From positions 9,217 to 73,216 of the forward strand of contig CBFFRP010000114.1 in assembly GCA_965644295.1 (NCBI GenBank): DNA of 64,000 nt, given 5' to 3'. Below the pieces are notes generated by a model that ran no database searches, was not told the origin of the DNA, and saw nothing but the letters and a program-made list of their open reading frames with translations. The translations under genes and the position numbers were made by a program. Shown piece by piece: positions 62,231 to 64,000 of the stretch; within the stretch, counting starts at the first letter, position 1; the number at the start of each line of letters is the position of its first letter. Source of the DNA: Paraphysomonas bandaiensis (lineage: Eukaryota > Protista > Chrysophyceae).

Positions 62231-64000
62231 ACATTACCCTTTCTCCCCCCCCGGATGCTGTAGCTACTCCTGAATAATTTTGGGATAAGCCGCAGCGAGC
62301 GACGCATCAACCAAAATCATGCGAGCAGGGTCAAAATCCTTCTGGGACCCCCAACAGTAAACCAAATAGTTGTCGAAAGCATAGTTGGAACCGTTGAGAT
62401 TAAAACGGGCGCTAATCTTGCGTTTGGAATTCTTGTGATACCAATGGGTGTACGTGAATTCCATGACATACGCGGCCGTGGCATAATCCGGTAAACCAAG
62501 ACTCTCGTACCACAGGTCACCATAGAACCTGAGGTCAACATAAACAGTATCTCCAACCGATACTGTTGTGATATTCTCCTTCCTCATCGAAGAGATAAAA
62601 CGCTTCGCCGTAAACGAGTCGTACGCGAGGTGTCGCAAGTAAGGCCTAGACTCACAAAAATCGTAATATGCCTCACACTGAATATCCGGTGTCCATGGAA
62701 TGTCCAAGATATCGCCGTCCGCATACTTCACCTTGAAGACCATCGTAGATTTAGTTCGTGAATCTCCCGTATATGAAAGAATCTCCTCCACCTTAAATTG
62801 CTCATGATCTCGCATCGCCGCTTCAATAGCCGATTCCTTATCTCCGAAAAATGGCTCAAGATCAGAGACAGAGTATTCCCGAATTCCCCCGGTAAGAAGA
62901 TTTCGAATTTGAACATCATTCTTATATTGCCGTACCACTTCGAAAGGACCCTTCATCCTCGAGGATAGTTTCGGATGTGGTTTAGCACCAGCGTCGAACA
63001 TAACAAAATCGCCTGGACAATACTGGTTTTGTTTGGCAGGATCCAAACCCGCTTCCGCTCGTTTCTCAACTAGAGACTTCTGGTAATCTGCTGATATCTG
63101 GCGAACTAGAGCTAAGTAATCGTTCAGCCTTTTCAACAGCTGATGAGACGGATCATTGTCTTTCCCCTGGGCGGCCAAAAGGTTCTTATAGATAGAATCC
63201 TGGGACCCAAACGTCAGTTCGAACGCAGAATACCCCGTCTCACTACTCTCGTGGGTATTCAGAATGAACATGATAGTGGCAAGTAACAGTTCGTCCTCCA
63301 AAACAGCATCAGCCTCGATTCGCTTGTCAAAACAAATAGCACGGATGTGACGAACCACTTCCTTAATAATACGCTCACATCCGTTGACGTGCCTGTTGGC
63401 AATACTAAATACATGACGAAGTCCTGACAACTTAACCAGTTCTGCGAAAAGTTCTGATTTGAGATCAGGACCCATATCTGATATAATCATATCCGTGAGC
63501 CCGTATGTACACCAGCACTTCCACACTGCTGTAGCCAAATTGATAGCTGTCATTCCTTTCACCGCATATAGGTACACCAATTTCGTAAACAAATTAACCA
63601 TGACCACAATATGCGTGTAACCAGATTTAGAAACAGGTGTAATAGCAACCGCGTCAATTCCCAAAGCACTCCTGGAATGAGGCGGTTTTAAATGTCTAGT
63701 GATAGGAATCAATCGCTGCTTCAGCTCTCGCCTATTCTTCTGACAGTTGATACATTCGTCCACGAAGTCTGCAACCACCTTGAAAGGCACGCCGTGTCCC
63801 GGAAATTGTCTACACAGACGTTTCCACGTCTCTTTCGCACCCCAGTGTCCTGCTTGCGCGTTGTGAACCTCTTTGATAGCCTGATAATAATCTATCCTCT
63901 GTACCTCCGTAGGCGGCGCGATCTCTTGAACGTCGTCCTCAAAATCGTCTTTTTCAAAGATGTTATGCAGTGTCACGAAGTTCACTTCATCTGAGTCGAA
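62231..64000 (-). mobile_element. Ty3/Gypsy pol 3' end: intact integrase (HHCC, DDE, GPF, chromo-like); ORF runs off the window
   Basis: VHNAQAGHWG...CINCQK, LGIDAV, IISDMG, NGCER, KGPFEV, FKVKYADG. PPT GGGGGGGAGAAAGGG then TGTAAAG LTR start at 62233. Confidence 0.92.

Noticed and set aside
60971-62233. Full extent of the second Gypsy 3' LTR (TGTAAA...TTTACA)
   Set aside because: Only a 6-bp match supports the distal end, and the partner LTR lies outside the window.

Overview
Eukaryotic, intron-containing, AT-rich and transposon-littered genomic DNA. A stramenopile or chrysophyte-like host is inferred from the gene content and cannot be proven from this window. Host genes that can be spliced by eye: (1) a minus-strand ankyrin-repeat gene (~1860-5172) in which every 33-aa repeat is its own 99-nt phase-0 exon, separated by near-identical introns built around (TATG)n; (2) an acidic-repeat + 2H-phosphoesterase tail-anchored protein (12929-16253); (3) a RanBP2-zinc-finger hypothetical protein; (4) TRAP-gamma/SSR3; (5) a ~4260-aa surface receptor (CTL-LRR-LRR-PT stalk-REJ-EGF-GPS-multi-TM, 26598-39730); (6) a coiled-coil + trypsin-like protease; (7) COX10; (8) a stop-interrupted hypothetical gene. 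Mobile DNA includes several Ty1/Copia relics (two with TA...TA LTRs), two Ty3/Gypsy integrase regions, a Tc1/mariner-like TIR element with an inverted partial copy, three MITEs, a Crypton-like fragment and a 346-bp tandem array. The best candidate for an undescribed system is the 'natural DARPin' ankyrin exon-cassette gene. The variable-LRR giant receptor is second.
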